A program made the translations under genes and the position numbers. From contig OX597826.1 in the NCBI GenBank assembly GCA_951406725.2, positions 9,610,001-9,674,000 of the forward strand: 64,000 nucleotides of DNA, given 5' to 3'. Of this stretch, positions 50,601 through 64,000 are shown in pieces; the stretch's first letter is position 1; every line of letters begins with the position of its first letter. The notes under the pieces are model-generated. The model was given only the letters and a program-made list of their open reading frames with translations. It did not search any database and was not told the DNA's origin. The stretch comes from Octopus vulgaris (Eukaryota).

Positions 50601-52064
50601 GCTCAAAGGATTATCAATAAGGAAATACGGAAAAGTTATTTAATAATTAAAATATAAATAAAAAAAAAAAAACGAAAGAAGTCTTGTCTTCGGCTTAGAA
50701 CATGTTCGAAAGAAAACCCATTACTCAAACACGCACACACACGATGGCCTTCTCTTTTGCACATTTTCTGTCTACCAAATTCTAATAAATAGGAGACACT
50801 TTGCTTCAGATGCCGCTCAGTAGAATCGAACCCGGGAACATGCGGTTGTAAAGTTTAACCACACAGTAGTTATGCCTACACCTACATATGATACATCAAG
50901 TTCGAACTTCTGTAAGTTGATGCTTGACGGAATAAAAATATTAACCCGGAGAAAGAGTTCCAGATTTTGAGTAATTATTACCGGCATTCGTTTTACTCAG
51001 ATTCCTGGTTTTACAATTCCAGGTAGCTGCAGTTTCTGGGACTCAGCGTTTATAGTACAGGTATTTGGCAGCTAAGGTAAGGAATATTGAGGTCTTGAGG
51101 CTTGTTCAATTCTCTCTTCCACCCCCACCCGTTTCGCTCTCTTCATTGCCGCACACAAACACGCAGAATATCATCGGATGGTGTGTGTGTGGGGGGGGGG
51201 GTATACAGTTTCTTTTGAGCTTCTTTCCCACAGTGCGAGTGCTCGCCCTTTCAGGTATCCTACGAAATTTCCGGGCCCGAGTACGGCTCTTGTTACAGTC
51301 ATTTGACTGCGGCCATGTTGGGACACCGCCTTTAGTCGAGCAAATCGACCTCAGGACTTATTCTTTGAAAGCCGAACCGCTAAGTTACAGGGACGTAAAC
51401 ACACAACCATCGGTTGTCAAGCGATGTTGAGGGAACACAGACACACAAACATATACACACACATACATATATATGACGGGCTTCTTTCAGTTTCCGTCTA
51501 CCAAATCGACTCACAGGGCTTTCGTCGGCCCGAGGCTATAGTAGAAGACACTTTCCCAAGGTGCCACTGAACCTGAAACCATGTGGTTGGTAAGCAAGCT
51601 ACTTACCACACAGCCACTCCTGTACTTTTTTTTTTCCTTAAATTAATATTTATATCGGTTAATAATGTTCAAAATCGTTTCTATCAGCCCGTTGTTGCCA
51701 TCTTCTCTGGTTAGACGAAGTGCTCCTATAGTCATCGATACCTCGGCGAAATTTGAACACAGAACACGGAGAGACGGGGGAGAACACACAATACAGCTCG
51801 TTCTGTGCTTTAAAGGATTCTGCTAATTTAGCGCCCTGAACTTTTACATTATTTATCGGCTCCAGGTAATCTTTCGTAAGAGGCTTGACTGAAAAAGAGG
51901 TTGAATGATGTCGTCCCCTCATACCGACACTCTGGAGACTAATATCGAAGTATCGTGTGGCTCAGAGACGATAAAAGGCAAAGTTGGCCTCTGTGAGATT
52001 TGAAATCCGTGCATGGAGGGCCATAACGATTGCGCGTACACGCACTCACTTATACACATAAACA

Positions 52065-52280
52065 TTGGCAGAATCGTTAGCACGTCGGGTGAAATACTTA
52101 GCTGTATTTCGGCTGCCGTTACGTTGTGAGTTCAAATTCCGCCGAGGTTGACTTTGCCTTTCATCCTTTCGGGGTCGATAAATTAAGTACCAGTCACGCA
52201 CTGGGGTCGATGTAATCGACTTAATACCTATGTCTGTCCTTGTTTGTCCCCTCTATGTTTAGCCCCTTGTGGATAATAAA
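52065..52280 (+). mobile_element. Family B SINE, CpG-intact
   Basis: Collinear with the other family B copies; followed by an A-rich tract. Confidence 0.9.
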
Positions 52281-52754
52281 AAAAAAATTAAAAAAAAAAA
52301 AAAAAGATAAAATAAACATACACACACACTTCTTGATATCCTATCTTTCAAAAGGACACGTTTATGCAGTGAATCATTGCTGTGTGTTTGTAGTGTACCC
52401 ATCCTTGATATATAAATACGCACTTTGCTGTGCGTATGTGTGTACTTTTTCAGTTTTGTGTACATATAACACCTGATGTATATACATAAATACATCCACA
52501 ATAACATCCCTCTCGTTACCCGTTCATCCGTTCCGAAAGTAACTATCGATTGTGTACGAGTTACCAACGAAGATCTCTATACAGTCTTTCAGCTCGTTAG
52601 AAACAACAGCTAATTCTCCCTCACTTGTCCGGTAGAAGAACAAATACTGGATTACAATATCCTAGTTCTGCAGGGAGTTAGGGAAAACATGATTATTCAA
52701 GGTTGGAAAAAAGGCTTTGATTATTAGTTAGGTCTCTCTTTTCAGTTACAACTT

Positions 52755-53180
52755 ATTTCTTTACTACCCACAAGAGGGGACTAACAAGGACAGACAAAGG
52801 GATTAAGTCGATTACATCGACCCCAGTGCGTAACTGGTACTTATTTAATCGACCCCGAAAGGATGAAAGGCAAAGTCGACCTCGGCGGAATTTGAACTCA
52901 GAACGTAACGACAGACGAAATACCGCTAAGCATTTCGCCCGGCGTGCTAACGTTTCTGACAGAACTAAATATATATTTCTTTATTACCCACAAGGGGCTA
53001 AACACAGAGGGGACAAACGGATTAAGTCGATAACATCAACTCCAGTGCATAACTGGTACTTATTTAATACACCCCGAAAGGATGAAAGGCAAAGTCGACC
53101 TCGGCGGAATTTGAACTCAGAACGTAACGCAGACGAAATACCGATAAGCATTTCACCCAGCGTGCTAACTTTTCTGACAG
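52755..53180 (-). mobile_element. Tandem pair of family B SINEs
   Basis: Two units, each followed by CTGACAGAACTAAATA. Explains the internally repeated ORF 52826..53194. Confidence 0.9.
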
Positions 53181-53999
53181 AACTAAATAACTAAACTAAT
53201 GTGTTTGACCGGCACTTTGGACAACTAGTCTCTGATGTACCAGACGTATGTTCTAAAGTATCTCGACCGTAACCACCCTACCTTTTTATCGAGAACTACA
53301 GATGATGTGACAAGTTTGTTATTTTACTGTTATTTCTAGCAAGCCTGGTAAATGTAAAACTTCGTTATATTTACTTTTCGTCTTTAAGACAGTAGAGCGT
53401 CATTCGAGGAAGTTTTGACTACCATTTCTAGCCGGTCAAGTTACTATGTAGAGGTGCCCTCATTTAGCGCATCCTGTCTACCATCAGTTGTTTAACAAGA
53501 GGTGAGCTCTGAAAAAGCAGATCTACGATCTAATATAGTTCATCAACCAAGTGTCTCTGGGACTGTTGTTAATCTAATGTGTCGTTATTTTATTTTATTG
53601 CATTTTAAGACGTTAAAGTCTGTTTTGAGAGAGATTTAGCTATGATTTCTAACAGCAAGAAACGTATAAGATCGAGGCTCCCCTCATTGGCGCGGCTAAC
53701 CACTATCAGTTTGACACAATGGTCAAAGTCTGAGCAGTTATTGGTAATTAATACTTATTTTGTGGTCGAGGGGGAAGAATGGCTGGTGGATGAGATGATA
53801 ATCGATATTTTATACCATTTCTCTCTTCTTTTTCTTTTTCCTTCAGTTTTTTTCTTCTTCTTTCTTTGTAAAGATTTCACTGAAAATCGAATCCTGTTAG
53901 CGTTGACGATGGTGGTGGTGGTCATGGTGGTGGTGGTGTTGGTGGTTGTTATTGTTGAACTTGCTGCGACAGTACAGATGCTAGAATTGGTTTTGTTTT

Positions 54000-55000
54000 C
54001 ACTGTCCTTTTCGTGTACATTCTTTGTTGTTTATTCTCCTTTGTCTTCCTTCTTTCTCCCCTTCGTTCGCTCCACCCCACCCCCCTTGTGTCCCCTCGTT
54101 TTATTTCTGGTTTAGTTTAACCTAAAACCTGTTCAGTTCTGTCCAAATATTTTCTTTAATTTCATTACTTCTCATCATTTCATTCTTTCTTTACTATTTT
54201 TCTTTTTATTCTTTACTGTTTCGTCTTCCTTTTTTTTGTTATCTTCCTGTCATTCTTTAAATTTTTCTTTCTCTTATTCATTCTACCTATAATTTATGTA
54301 TTCCTTCATTCAATTGCCTTTCTTCTTTATTTTTTAAAAGGAAAAAAAAAAATTCTTTTTCCTTCACACTTTTCAGCCTTTCTAATCTTGTCTCACTTAT
54401 TCTTGCCTTTCGTCTTTTGTTGTTCTTATTTCTTCGCTCTTTCAACACACACACTCTCTTCCTCTTTCTCTTTCATTTTATCGGAGTTTTTTTCTTTCCT
54501 TTGTCTCTTCCACACATTCATTCTCTCTCTCTCTCTTATTCCATTGTTCTCTTCTCCTCATCTAGTGACAACGGTATGACACCTTTTCAATTCTTCGCAC
54601 ATTTCCATTCTATTCTTCCTCTCTTATTTCATTTATTTTACGTGCAATCCTCACCCACTTCTCTTCCCTCTCTTGTCTCTCTATTAATTTTTTTCTTACT
54701 TCTCCCTTTTTCGACATTAAAAAAAATCTCTTTCACATTCGTTCTCCTCTTTCCCATCATTTCATACTTTCATTTAACACGTATTTCCCCTCATTCTTTT
54801 TCATTTATCCATTCTATATTTCTGCTTTCATTTCATTTATACCCTTTTATATCACAATTTCCTTCTTTCGATTGACTTCTTTCTTTGTCGTTCTTTTTCG
54901 TTTCCTATTTCACCTCCTTCCTTCCTTCCTTCCTCTCTTCCTTCCCTTGTTTATTCATTCTTCAGTTTGTTTTTGCATTTTCCTTTACTCTATATTCTTC
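54000..55000 (+). repeat. ~1-kb low-complexity pyrimidine-rich tract
   Basis: Plus strand is almost entirely C/T. Shorter similar tracts at 37440-37850 and 58245-58470. Confidence 0.85.
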
Positions 55001-55479
55001 GTGGCCGTGTGGTTTGTTTCGCAATTACGTTGTCCCTAGGGGTTTTTCTCTCAGAGAATGCAAGGGATACATGATACCCGAACCCAGGAAATTTATTGGG
55101 ATCTCAGGAAACGTTTGTATATATTAAAAACTAGCATTCACAGAAGGGGCGGGGAGCTTGAAAGAAAACTTTATATTCCTTGAAATCATGAGGGTAGCAG
55201 ATGGCAGAATTGGAAGAATGACATTTATATCTTCTTAAATTCTGAGTTCAAATCCTATGGCGGTCAACTTTGCTTTTCTATCTTCTTGGCTTAATAAATA
55301 AAACAAAGTACCAGTCGAAAGTATTGGGTTGAAATAATTGGATCCCCACCCCCAATGTGTGGCCTTGTGCTTATGTTACTGGCAGAAAAAAGTATGTAAA
55401 GTAGTAAAGAGTGGTGGATAAGCAGAATTGTTAGTATTTGGGCCAAACACCATGCAGTGTGTGTTAAGTTACAGCCCTT

Positions 55480-55911
55480 GGATCTTTTTGGTTTGAACGG
55501 CAGTTTTTAACATAATTTCTAGGTAACTAAAACATTTTAAACTTCGTATATCGGTAGAATTTGTTTATAAAACATCTTTTTCTCTTGGCTTTATTGAGAA
55601 AAATTCTATACTTTGTAAGATATTTGTTGTTTTTTTTTCTTCAATTTCTGCAATTTCAACCAATCACTGACGTCTATTGACGTAAAAAACATTCTGTGCC
55701 GTATGAATATGTCCCTCGTTTAAGAAACAGATTGGGTTTATTTACATTTGTGAAGAAAAAAAGATACCCTTCCCCCTCCCACCCCTAACCCTAGCCCTAA
55801 CTAACGCTAAAACAGATTGAAATGCAATAGATCGATACTAGGGTCATAATTATGGGTGACAATTTCATATGACTCTGCTAGAAAAAACTGCCGTTCAAAC
55901 TGAAAAGATCC
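55480..55911 (-). mobile_element. GG-terminal MITE, full length, reverse orientation
   Basis: Both TIRs present; perfect 8-bp TSD CAGCCCTT at 55472-55479 and 55912-55919. Confidence 0.93.
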
Positions 55912-56499
55912 CAGCCCTTTACATTTTGAATTCATATACTTGAGGTCAACCTTGCCTTACATCTTTTCAGGATCAATAAAATAAAGTACCTGTCAAGTAC
56001 TGGGGTCAATGTGTGTGACTAGCACCCCTTATCTTGAAGTTGCTTTGTATCATAATTTGAAATAAATATATTAATATTAAGGTGGAAAGCTGGCAGAATT
56101 GTTTGCATGCCAGACAAAATGCTTAGTCTGCTTTTTGTCTGTCTTTACATTCCAAGTTCAAATTCCATCAACGTTGACTTTGCCTTTCATCCATTCAGAA
56201 ACAATGAAGTAAATACCAGTTGAGCAGTCTATCCCCTCCAAATCCTTTGTGCTTCATAAAGAAATTAGTGTTATTATTATTGTTGAGGCAGTGAACTGGC
56301 AGAATGGTTAGCACACCAGGCAGAATGCTTAGTGGCATTTCATATAGTTCTGAATTCAAATGCCACCAGAGACAACTTTGCCCTTCAACCTTTTGAGGTT
56401 GATAAAATAAAGTACTGGTCATGTACATGGGTTGATAGTATTACCTCAATTTTCCCCTGATTTCAAAATTGTTGGTCTTGTGCCTAAAATATAAGCCAT

Positions 56500-56720
56500 T
56501 ATTTTTACCCTACGTGTGTAAGCGAAAGCAGAGTATTATAATCACTCATCTTTGTCTGTGTGTTTGCAAAATTACTGGAAAACAGATGAATGGATTTTCA
56601 CCAAATTTAGCAGAAATACTCATTGGATGAGTGGCTTGAAATGGTGAAAATATGACAGAAATACTCATTGGATGAGTGACTTGAAATGATGAAAATTTTG
56701 GTTTGCTTGTCTTCAAACAT
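56500..56720 (+). mobile_element. Possible DINE-1/Helentron-associated non-autonomous element fragment
   Basis: TTTTTACCC...GTCTGTGTGTTTGCAAAATTACTGGAAAACAGATGAATGGATTTTCACCAAATTT resembles this element type. Contains a 45-bp tandem duplication (about 56611-56700). Confidence 0.4.
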
Positions 56721-57679
56721 ACATAAATACATACATAGATATGCAACTGTATGTGTATGTGTGTGTGTGTACAGTGATGGATTCGACTGTGTGTGTGTGT
56801 ACAGTGATGTATTCGAGAGTTGATTTGTTAATTTCACCAGAGTATAAATACCTATAATGGTGATACTTAAAACAAAAAAAAATTTGAACAATTGAACTTA
56901 CAAATTTCCCGTTGAGCAAGTGGTGACATTATATATATCCTACAACAAACTTCAGTACATTTGATTCACCTGCCATCGTTGAAAGACGTTATGCAATATT
57001 TTCTATACGTATTTCTTCTTGTTCACTTTCATTTTCATATGGATCAACCCTCATCTGTGTGTGTATAGATCATGGTGTACCTATGCACATAGACACATAC
57101 GGGTACATACATACATATATATGCAGCCGTGTGTGTGTCTGTGTGTGCGTACAGTGATGGATTTGAGGGTTTTGTTTATTTACAATTTATTTCTTAATTT
57201 CACCGTTCTTAGGTTTCTAATCCTCTTTTTAGTCAAACTCTTACAAAACTTAATTCAGTTAAATCAAATATAGTACCAGTCATATACTGAGACTGATATT
57301 ATTGGCTAATTTTTTTTTCTCATGAAAATTCTATCCTGTGTTTATGTTACATTCTTAATGACATAGCCACACCTGTGCATATATCAGGCACAGGTGTGGC
57401 CTTGTGGTTGAGAACCTTACTTCCCAACCATGTGGGTCTTCAGTTCAGTTCTACTGCAATGACACCTAGAGCAAGTGTCTCCTACTATTGCCCCTAAATG
57501 ATCAAACTTTTGTGAGTGGATTTAGATGATTGAAACTGAAGAAATCTATCATATATGTGTATATATATATATGTGTGTGTTTGTGTGTACCCTTTTCTAG
57601 CCATCATGTGATAGTTGTGAGTGAGTATCACTGGCATACAAGTGAACTTGTACACTTCCAGTTTTCCATTAAAAATATG

Positions 57680-58088
57680 GGATCTTTTCGGTTTGAACGG
57701 CAGTTTTTTCTAGCGGTGTCATATGAAATTGTCACCCATAATTATGACCCTAGTATCAATCTATTGCATTTCAATGTGTTTTAGGGTTAGGGGTGGGGGG
57801 AAGGGTATCTTTCTTTCTTCACAAATGTAAATAAACCCAATCTATTTCTTAAACGAGGGACATATTCATACGGCACAGAATGTTTTCACCTCAATAGACG
57901 GTCATTGATTGGTTGAAATTACAGAAATTGAAGAAAAAAACCCAAATATCTTACAAACTATAGAATTTTCTCAATAAAGCCAAGAGAAAAAGATGTTTTA
58001 TAAACACATTCTACCAGTATACGAAGTTTAAAAGTGTTTAGTTACGTGGAAATTATGTTAAAAACTGCCGTTCAAACCAAAAAGATCC
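57680..58088 (+). mobile_element. GG-terminal MITE, full length, inside a family E SINE
   Basis: Both TIRs present; perfect 8-bp TSD AAAATATG at 57672-57679 and 58089-58096. Confidence 0.93.
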
Positions 58089-59014
58089 AAAATATGTTTA
58101 GCTATGGGGGAAATATTACCTGGCTTGAAAACAGGTGAACGTTTGGGTATTTGACTATAGAAACTTTGCCTCGACAAAATCTTTCTGACCCATTCAAGCC
58201 TGGTAAAGTGGACATTGAATGATGATGATTATTATGATGATATTATCATTTGCTCCTTCTTACTCCCACACATTCTCTCACTTTACTTTATCTCTCTATC
58301 AGTTACATTCTCACAGTCTTCCTCTCTTTCCTCCTCATTATCTCTCTGATTTTCACACTCACTTATTCCCTTTCTCTCTCTATCTCTCTCTTTCCACCAT
58401 CTCTCTCTTTCCCTTTTTTTCTCTCTGGTTTACTTTCTTCCCCTTTGTTCATGTTTTCTAAATTTCTCACCATTGCATTATATCCCCAAGAGCCCACCTG
58501 CAAAATTTCCAAAACAATACAACACACACACACACACACATTCATCCACAGAGAAATATATTCATAAGCATTCTATGCTTATAGATATATATATATTCAT
58601 CCATATGTATTCATCCAAATATAACCGCATGACCAGAACATTTACATACTCACTTATTAGAGTTGTACTTGTTTGGCAAGTGACTTCATCTGAGATTGCA
58701 GCATGAAACAATTACATCAGTTCTTGATAGAAATGTATTTCATGACACTTCCGTCATATCGCTTTGTGTGTGTGTGTGTGTGTATGTTATTTAGTAGTTA
58801 ATAATTCCTACAGACATTTCTCAGAGTTCTAGAAGGACTGAATCATTTGAAAGATTATACACTTGTGACCAAGTCTGTAAATCTCTAAGTAATGACACTA
58901 GAAGTCATTAATTGCTAATTTACCAAATATATAGTCTTACTCTACATGACATATTGAGTACTCTTTTCTTTGTACGCTTGTATGTATGTGTGTGTGTGTA
59001 TATATTTAGGAGCA

Positions 59015-59322
59015 TGGAGTCGCAATGGCCCAGTGGTTAGGGCAGCGGACTCGCAGTTGTAGGATCACAGTTTTAATTCCCAGACCGGGTGTTATGAGTG
59101 TTTATTGAGCAAAAACATCTAAAGCTCCTCGAGGCTCCGGCAGGGTAGTGGTGGCGATCCCTACTGTACTCTTTCGCCACAACTTTCTCTCACTGTTTTT
59201 TCTGTTGGCCTGCTCACTTAGCCAGAGGGGTGGCGTCATTTGAAGGCTAAAGCAATGCGAAGCGCATTGTGACCAGTGATGTGTAGCAACATCTGATAGC
59301 CTGGTCAGTCACGGTGGTGATA
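59015..59322 (+). mobile_element. Family C tRNA-derived SINE
   Basis: Collinear with 16730-17027, with more CpG decay. Confidence 0.88.
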
Positions 59323-59815
59323 TATATAGGAGCAGGTGCTGCTGTGGAGAACCAACCTGGATTCAGTTTCACTTCACAGTACCTCAATTGTCTTCTATAG
59401 CATCAGGCCAGTCAGAGCCTTGTGAGTGAATTTTATTGAGAAGAACTGAGCAAAGCCTGTCATATGCATGTGTGTGTGTGTTTATGAGCATCCACATCAT
59501 AGAAGCAAGGCTGATCATTTTCAGTCTTCTGTGAAAAATATGTCTAATATTACGTTGCTTGAAAACAGGTGAGTTCAGATTCTGCCGAGGTCAACTTTAC
59601 CTTTTGCTGAACCACTAAGTTACAGGGGAAGTAAACACACCAGGACCAGTTGTCAACCAATGGCAAGAGAACAAAGAGAGAGACACACACACACATAATA
59701 TATATATATATATATATATATAAATAAGGATAAGATCGTTAATTTAAAAATAAAATAACGATTTTATCAAGTGGTCAGCATGGAAAAAATAACCTTCAAA
59801 GGTAATAATTATTAA

Positions 59816-60074
59816 AATTATAAATTAGGGTATCTAGAGATACCACCATGCTGGAAATAGCAGCCATGATCTGACTCTAAAACCACCTTAATTGTTCCAT
59901 ATATCAAACAAAGAAGACAAGACTAGAAAACTAGTAAAAAATTATCCAGTAATTTTTTACTAGTTTCATCTTGTCTCTTTGTTTGATATATGGACAATTA
60001 AGGTGGTTTTAAAGTCAGATCATGGCTGCTATTTCCAGCAAGGTGGTATCTCGTAGATACCCTAAAATATAATT
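59816..60074. repeat. Imperfect fold-back inverted repeat (~125-bp arms, 5-nt loop TCCAG at 59945-59949)
   Basis: TTAGGGTATCT...ACTAGTAAAAAATTA / TAATTTTTTACTAGT...AGATACCCTAA, with a few substitutions and indels. Confidence 0.93.
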
Positions 60075-60632
60075 ATATATATATACACCTACATACAACA
60101 GGCTTCTTTCAGTTTTCATCAACAAAATTACTCACAAGGCTTTGGTCAACCTGAAGCTGTAGCAGGAGACACTTGCGCAAAGTGCCACGCGGTGGGATTG
60201 AACCCCAAACCAGTTGGGGAGCAAGCTTCTTACCACACAGCCATAGCTGCATCTATATGTATATATCATCATTTCTCAGCAACACCATTTCCATTGTCAG
60301 ATACCAGACGAGACCTGAGACACTGGGTTTTACACATTTCTCAGTAATTGAACACATTCAAATTTATTGATCAATTGTTGATGACGTAGATTGTGCTAGA
60401 TTCTGCAAATTTTGAATTTCCCCTTTGGTGATCATGAACACTGGCAAAGGGGAATCGGTGTATGTTGGGAGAATAGCTGCATGCGCATATATATCTATGA
60501 ATGTATTTATTTGTGCATATGTGTATTTATGTACATGTGTGTGTTTTTGTGTATGTAAATACACATACAGATATATATATGTTTGGATTAAGGCATCTAC
60601 TTGTGCATATGTTTATAGGTTTATATGCTGTG

Positions 60633-60678
<46 letters not shown>

Positions 60679-61117
60679 GGACATATGCAGATCTGTCAAT
60701 TTGAAGCCCTCCTTCATCTTCCTGCCATGTGTTCAAATAGATGATAAAATTTCTGATTAAAATCTAAATGTTAAGGATCTTAAGTCCCGATATCTCATGC
60801 TGCTTCTATCAAAGATCTTTGGAAGTGCAGGATATATTGGAACTTTTTCAGCCGTACTCTTTATCTAAATCATAACCATTATAGTGAACCCTGTTGAATT
60901 TCCTGTGCTCTGTTCAATCTCGATGCAAACCTTAGCTGGCTATATGTTACCCCAAGTCCTTTTGAGTTCTTTGAAGTTCAATTGTCATATTAATCCTGTT
61001 TAATTAGTTCTCTTCCCATCTTTTGTTAAAGAATTATGTTCTGCTTTTGATGCGTCGTTGACATTGTAGCTTAGGTGTAAAGTAGAATGCTGTTACTGGG
61101 CAATTAACTATAACTAG

Positions 61118-61135
61118 CATATATATGTATGTATA

Positions 61136-61205
<70 letters not shown>

Positions 61206-61235
61206 ATATATGTTGTATATATGTGTATTTATATG

Positions 61236-61273
<38 letters not shown>

Positions 61274-61314
61274 ATGTATATATGTATGTATGTATATATG
61301 TATGTATGTATATA

Positions 61315-61357
<43 letters not shown>

Positions 61358-61405
61358 ATATATATATATATATACATATATACACACACACACATGCATA
61401 CACAC
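61118..61405. repeat. Long compound (TA)n/(TATG)n microsatellite
   Basis: Read directly; explains the four YIYI ORFs here. Confidence 0.97.
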
Positions 61406-62639
61406 ACTATTCCAATTTCCATTGTTCAGTAGTTGACAAATAAAATGGTAGAAACACCTGTGCCAGAAATGTATAGAAATCTTTTGAATTTCTACAATTA
61501 GACAACGCCATCAGAAAACTTGGAAAATGCTTAAAAAGCAAAAGGAAAAAAAATGCGAAAGAAAAAAAAGAAAGAAAATGAAGGAATTGAAATACATCCA
61601 AAGAATCGCTCATTTTCCAGCGTATCTTTTCATTAGTATTTTTCCTGTTGGAATGGCTGAGATAGTTGACACTTCTCGTTCACAATGTCTCTTTCACATT
61701 TGGGAAGGTGGAGGGGGGGGTTAAAAAAAAACTGAAAAATGAAAAGGTAAAAAAAAAAATAAATTTTCTGTTTTTAGTCTTGCAGCCTCCAAATGCAATT
61801 ATAGAGGAAAGAGGAATGTGATGCAAGTAAATTTAAAAATCTATTGTTTGGTAATGCTGACAGTGTGCTAATAAATACAGTGCCGATCTCTTCCAATGTA
61901 ATTACAGATCTTTCTTACCCTGTGCTTTTCTGCTTTTCTCCTGATTTACTATCTCTCTATTCAAGACGATATCGGTGCCAACATATATGCTAGCAATGGC
62001 AGCGAAATCTTTCTTAAATCATATTATTTTCTTGATTCTTAAAAAAGAACACCATTTGATAAAGTAGTCAGACTATTGTCCAGTGGTGGTCTGCCCTTGG
62101 GCAGGTCCTGTGCATATGTACTTACTCCAGCACTATCTATATGACCTGGGAAGGCCCGAACCATCCCTTGCCGCTGCTAAGTAGATTACTGGAACTTTGG
62201 CAACTATAACTAGACTTAGGATGTCTACTGAAGTTGTGTCCTGTTGCCTTCTCCAGGCAGGTGAGATTTCAACTCAGAATGTAGAGAGCTGAAAGATATA
62301 TCCTAAAGCACTTCTGCTGACCCTCCAACAATCCTTCAACTCTCCTACCTGCAGAGCAACATGAAATGAAGTATTTTGCTCAATAACAAAACACACCGCC
62401 CGGTTCCAAATTAAACCCATGACCTCATAATTGTGAATGTAACACCCCTAACCTGGAGAAGAAAAGAAAGGGAGATGGATGTTCATGACTGGGGTGTTTT
62501 GGTTTATAGATCTTTTCAATCATATCTAACCTTGGGTTAAACTACTGTTGCTTATGAGCAGTGGTTTTCAAGCAGGGTCCATAGGACCACTTGGGTGCCA
62601 TGTAAGATTTTTGGGGGTCCATGCGAGCAAAGTGGTCCC

Positions 62640-62925
62640 AGAGACATCATTATGTGTAGAGCCAATCATGTCCATGAGTGCTCTCCATCATTGGTGGGCC
62701 CATGCCAGCCCCTCTGCATCCTCCAAGGTGACATTGAGCCCCCGGAGATCTTCTCCAATCATGTTCAGCCATCTGATGTGGGGCTTGCCACAAGGCCTCT
62801 TCTAGTCTAAAGCTGTTGCGTGGAATAAGAGCAAAGCCCTGGTAGGATTATCTAGTGGATGACGGAAGATATGTCCGTGCCAGTATTTGCGATGGATGGC
62901 TATGCAGTTGGAGGTTGCAGGATGA
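62640..62925 (-). mobile_element. Old RTE-like LINE ORF C-terminal fragment (different family from 23301)
   Basis: YWHGHIFRHPLDNPTRALLLF...KRPCGKPHIRWLNMIGEDLRGLNVTLEDAEGLA...WRALM. Confidence 0.8.
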
Positions 62926-64000
62926 TGATGGTTAATTTTTTAATAAATGTATTTGGAGCAATAGGGATTAGAGAATTTAAGTTTGATTAATTACAAAACA
63001 TTTTAAAAATTAGAATTTTAGGGTAGAAAAAATTTGGGAAATTTTTTAGAATTGTTAGAAAATATATTAATACAGAAACATGTTATTTCCATACATAACA
63101 AACTGTTTTGTATTTATGGCAAGATATATGTAGCTCTAACTTTTTTGAGTGTAATGATTTTTTTTTTATCAAGTACAAAAGGTACAAGTAAGAAATAGCT
63201 TCTCATTTATGAAAAACCCCTTTTTTGTTTGAAGGCAGGTAACAACTTCTACCATTTTTTTGAACAGGTATCTTTCTTGTTCAAGAAAGAAGCAATGATG
63301 CATTCAGCAAAAAAAAAAAAAAAAAATGCCAAAACAGTGGGGCATGGGCAGGAGAGACTTTATCTAGGAATGAAAATATACTAGTATTGATACTATGACT
63401 ACTGAAAAATACAACTGGTATGAAGGGGACCTGTGGATGAAGATTAGTTAAAATGTATCTCAATATCATGTTTTTCCTATCTGGAAAAAAAAAAAAAAAA
63501 TGCTCGTCATTGTTTTGACATGTTTCTCTCCATGTTAGTATATATTGTAGACAGCTTTGATAGATAGCTTCCTTCCATATTATCCTGCTCTTATATCATC
63601 TGCATTCTCTTCAACGGCCACCACCACCCTTCCAGTACTATTCTATAAGGTCAGAGGCTCATTTCACTTAGGGTTATACTTCAGGGAGAAGAGAGAAGGG
63701 TGTGTGTGTGTTTGTTTGTTTTTATTTATTTAAATCTATCATTTTATCTGCACTAGTGATTATTTTCGTATTTTTGTTTGCTTTTAACCCCTACCACCAC
63801 CACCACCATCACCACACACACACACACATACACACACAAGCTTCTCTCTTCTCTACAGCACATGACACTCATCAAAGGTTGTTTGTTGAAACTTTCCAAT
63901 TTCTAAACCTAGTGTATTTAAGTTCAATCACAGTTGGGAGTCAAAAAATAATTTTATCTAGTCATCCAGCAGTTTATGTCTGATGTACATTATAAGTAGT

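Noticed and set aside
51001-51080. Possible plus-strand mini-exon with three donor-like sites
   Set aside because: Such motifs arise by chance at this density; no supporting frame or homology.

Overview
AT-rich, repeat-saturated eukaryotic DNA, intronic or intergenic. The SINE, RTE and Penelope families and the very dense (TA)n/(CA)n microsatellites look like a cephalopod (Octopus-like) genome; this is recognition, not a database result. I find no intact host protein-coding exon, and almost all listed ORFs are microsatellite read-throughs or transposon relics. Recognisable content: decayed Penelope-like retroelements (RT plus GIY-YIG), RTE and Tx1/L1-like LINE fragments, Tc1/mariner and pogo transposase relics, several MITE families (including a GG-terminal family with 8-bp target site duplications, TSDs), a non-autonomous Helitron and at least four SINE families. 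Most interesting: (1) a 136-bp perfect palindrome with a minimal hammerhead-ribozyme motif in each arm, plus other decayed hammerhead-like motifs in short inserts within (TA)n tracts; (2) a Tx1-like LINE whose 3' end matches the tail of an abundant SINE; (3) a CpG-retaining domain (~35-55 kb) with candidate first-exon splice donors on both strands. Coordinates were read by eye, and ends of decayed elements are approximate.
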